From positions 12,079,866 through 12,143,865 of the forward strand of contig CM119265.1 in NCBI GenBank assembly GCA_051294375.1: DNA of 64,000 nt, read 5' to 3'. The notes beneath the pieces were generated by a model. The model was not told the origin of the DNA, ran no database searches, and worked only from the letters and a program-made list of their open reading frames with translations. The stretch comes from Paraspadella gotoi. Its lineage: Eukaryota > Animalia > Chaetognatha. How positions within the stretch are numbered: the stretch's first letter is position 1; each line of letters begins with the position of its first letter. The translations under genes and the position numbers were made by a program. Positions 63,000 to 64,000 of the stretch are shown in pieces.

Positions 63000-64000
63000 T
63001 TGGTATATTGGTCGATTCAACCTGGCAACCTCTTGGCTTTTTCTCTAGCCTTAAAATCCAACCAGCGAAAATGGCCTCCTTTTGATAAGGAACTGCTAGC
63101 AGCACACTGTTCCATACGCCATTTCCGACCCTACCTAGAGGACGCGGCTTTACACTATACACTGATCATATTTCACTTGTACCTGCTGTCCGCAAAAAAG
63201 CAGAGGTACACACAATGAGGCAAGCTTATCAACTGGCTGGCATTGCTGAATATACTGGCGATTTTCGGCACATCTCTGTCGTTGCAGACGCCCTCTCTCG
63301 GCCACCAGTGTCATGTCAGAACCCAGGAAGCCCCAATCTCAAACCCCTCTGCACCCTTTTCTAACAAACTGTCAGCGCCATTAGACACCGCGAAAGCACA
63401 AAGTGATATCTCTGCAACAATCAATGCCATTGGCGCCATGCACATCAACTTTTCTGCAATGGCAAAAGACCAGGAGTCTGACGATGATGTCCAACGACCC
63501 CTCAAGGATCCTCACACTGCACTGAGACTCAGAAATATCTCTGTGAACGGCTCCGACCTCATTTGCCATGTTTCAAGCCACCGTGCCCGCCCTCTAGTAC
63601 CAGCAACATGGCGTCGACGAATTTTTGACTCTACTCACATCATTGCCCACCCTGGAGTGAGAGCAACAAAAACGGCTCATTACAACAAGATTTGTATGAC
63701 CATCAATCCAGAGTGATGTTGCCGATGGGCATCCTCTTGCGACACCTGTCAGCGAGCCAAAGTGCAGCGCCATGTGCAAGCACCACTACAGTCATTTCAG
63801 CCCTCAGATCGCCGCTTTTCTCATGTCCATTGTGATCTTCCTGCTGCTTCTGGGCATACTCATCTTTTAACGATAATTGATAGTTTCACACGCTGGCCAG
63901 AAGCAACTCCACTACGAGATACTACCGCGGCATCTGTTGCTAATGCTTTCCTTCAAAATGTGGGTAGCCCGCTTTGGTGTACCCTCTATCGTCACAACTG
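63000..64000 (+). mobile_element. Degenerate Ty3/Gypsy pol fragment (RNase H and integrase), continuing past the right edge
   Basis: QRKWPPFDKELLA....RHFRPYLE; VADALSR; H..AHPGVRAT..CDTCQRAKVQRH; RFSHVHCDL; LLTIIDSFTRWPEA..; with stops and frameshifts. Confidence 0.9.

Overview
This is eukaryotic, very probably invertebrate animal, genomic DNA. It has AT-rich, (AG)n-rich intergenic and intronic sequence, GC-rich spliced exons and several N gaps. Four host genes are partly visible: EFL1 exon 1 (-), a TRPM-like channel with a 2.9-kb first exon (+), a five-exon rhodanese/MPST-like sulfurtransferase (-), and an FMRFamide/peptide-receptor-like class A GPCR (+). Most of the rest is nested transposon material: Penelope-like elements (PLEs), a CRE-type LINE 3' end, Ty3/Gypsy fragments, non-autonomous hAT elements with 8-bp TSDs, Helentron/DINE-like elements, a tRNA-derived SINE, foldback elements and minisatellites. 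The main signal is a family of seven minimal type-I hammerhead ribozyme motifs, five with an intact core and with covarying stems. Two loci are compact, protein-free head-to-head palindromic insertions with 12-13 bp TSDs, a conserved 3' tail on one arm only, and a hammerhead on each strand (one arm disabled in one locus). All calls were made by eye from the sequence; no searches were run.
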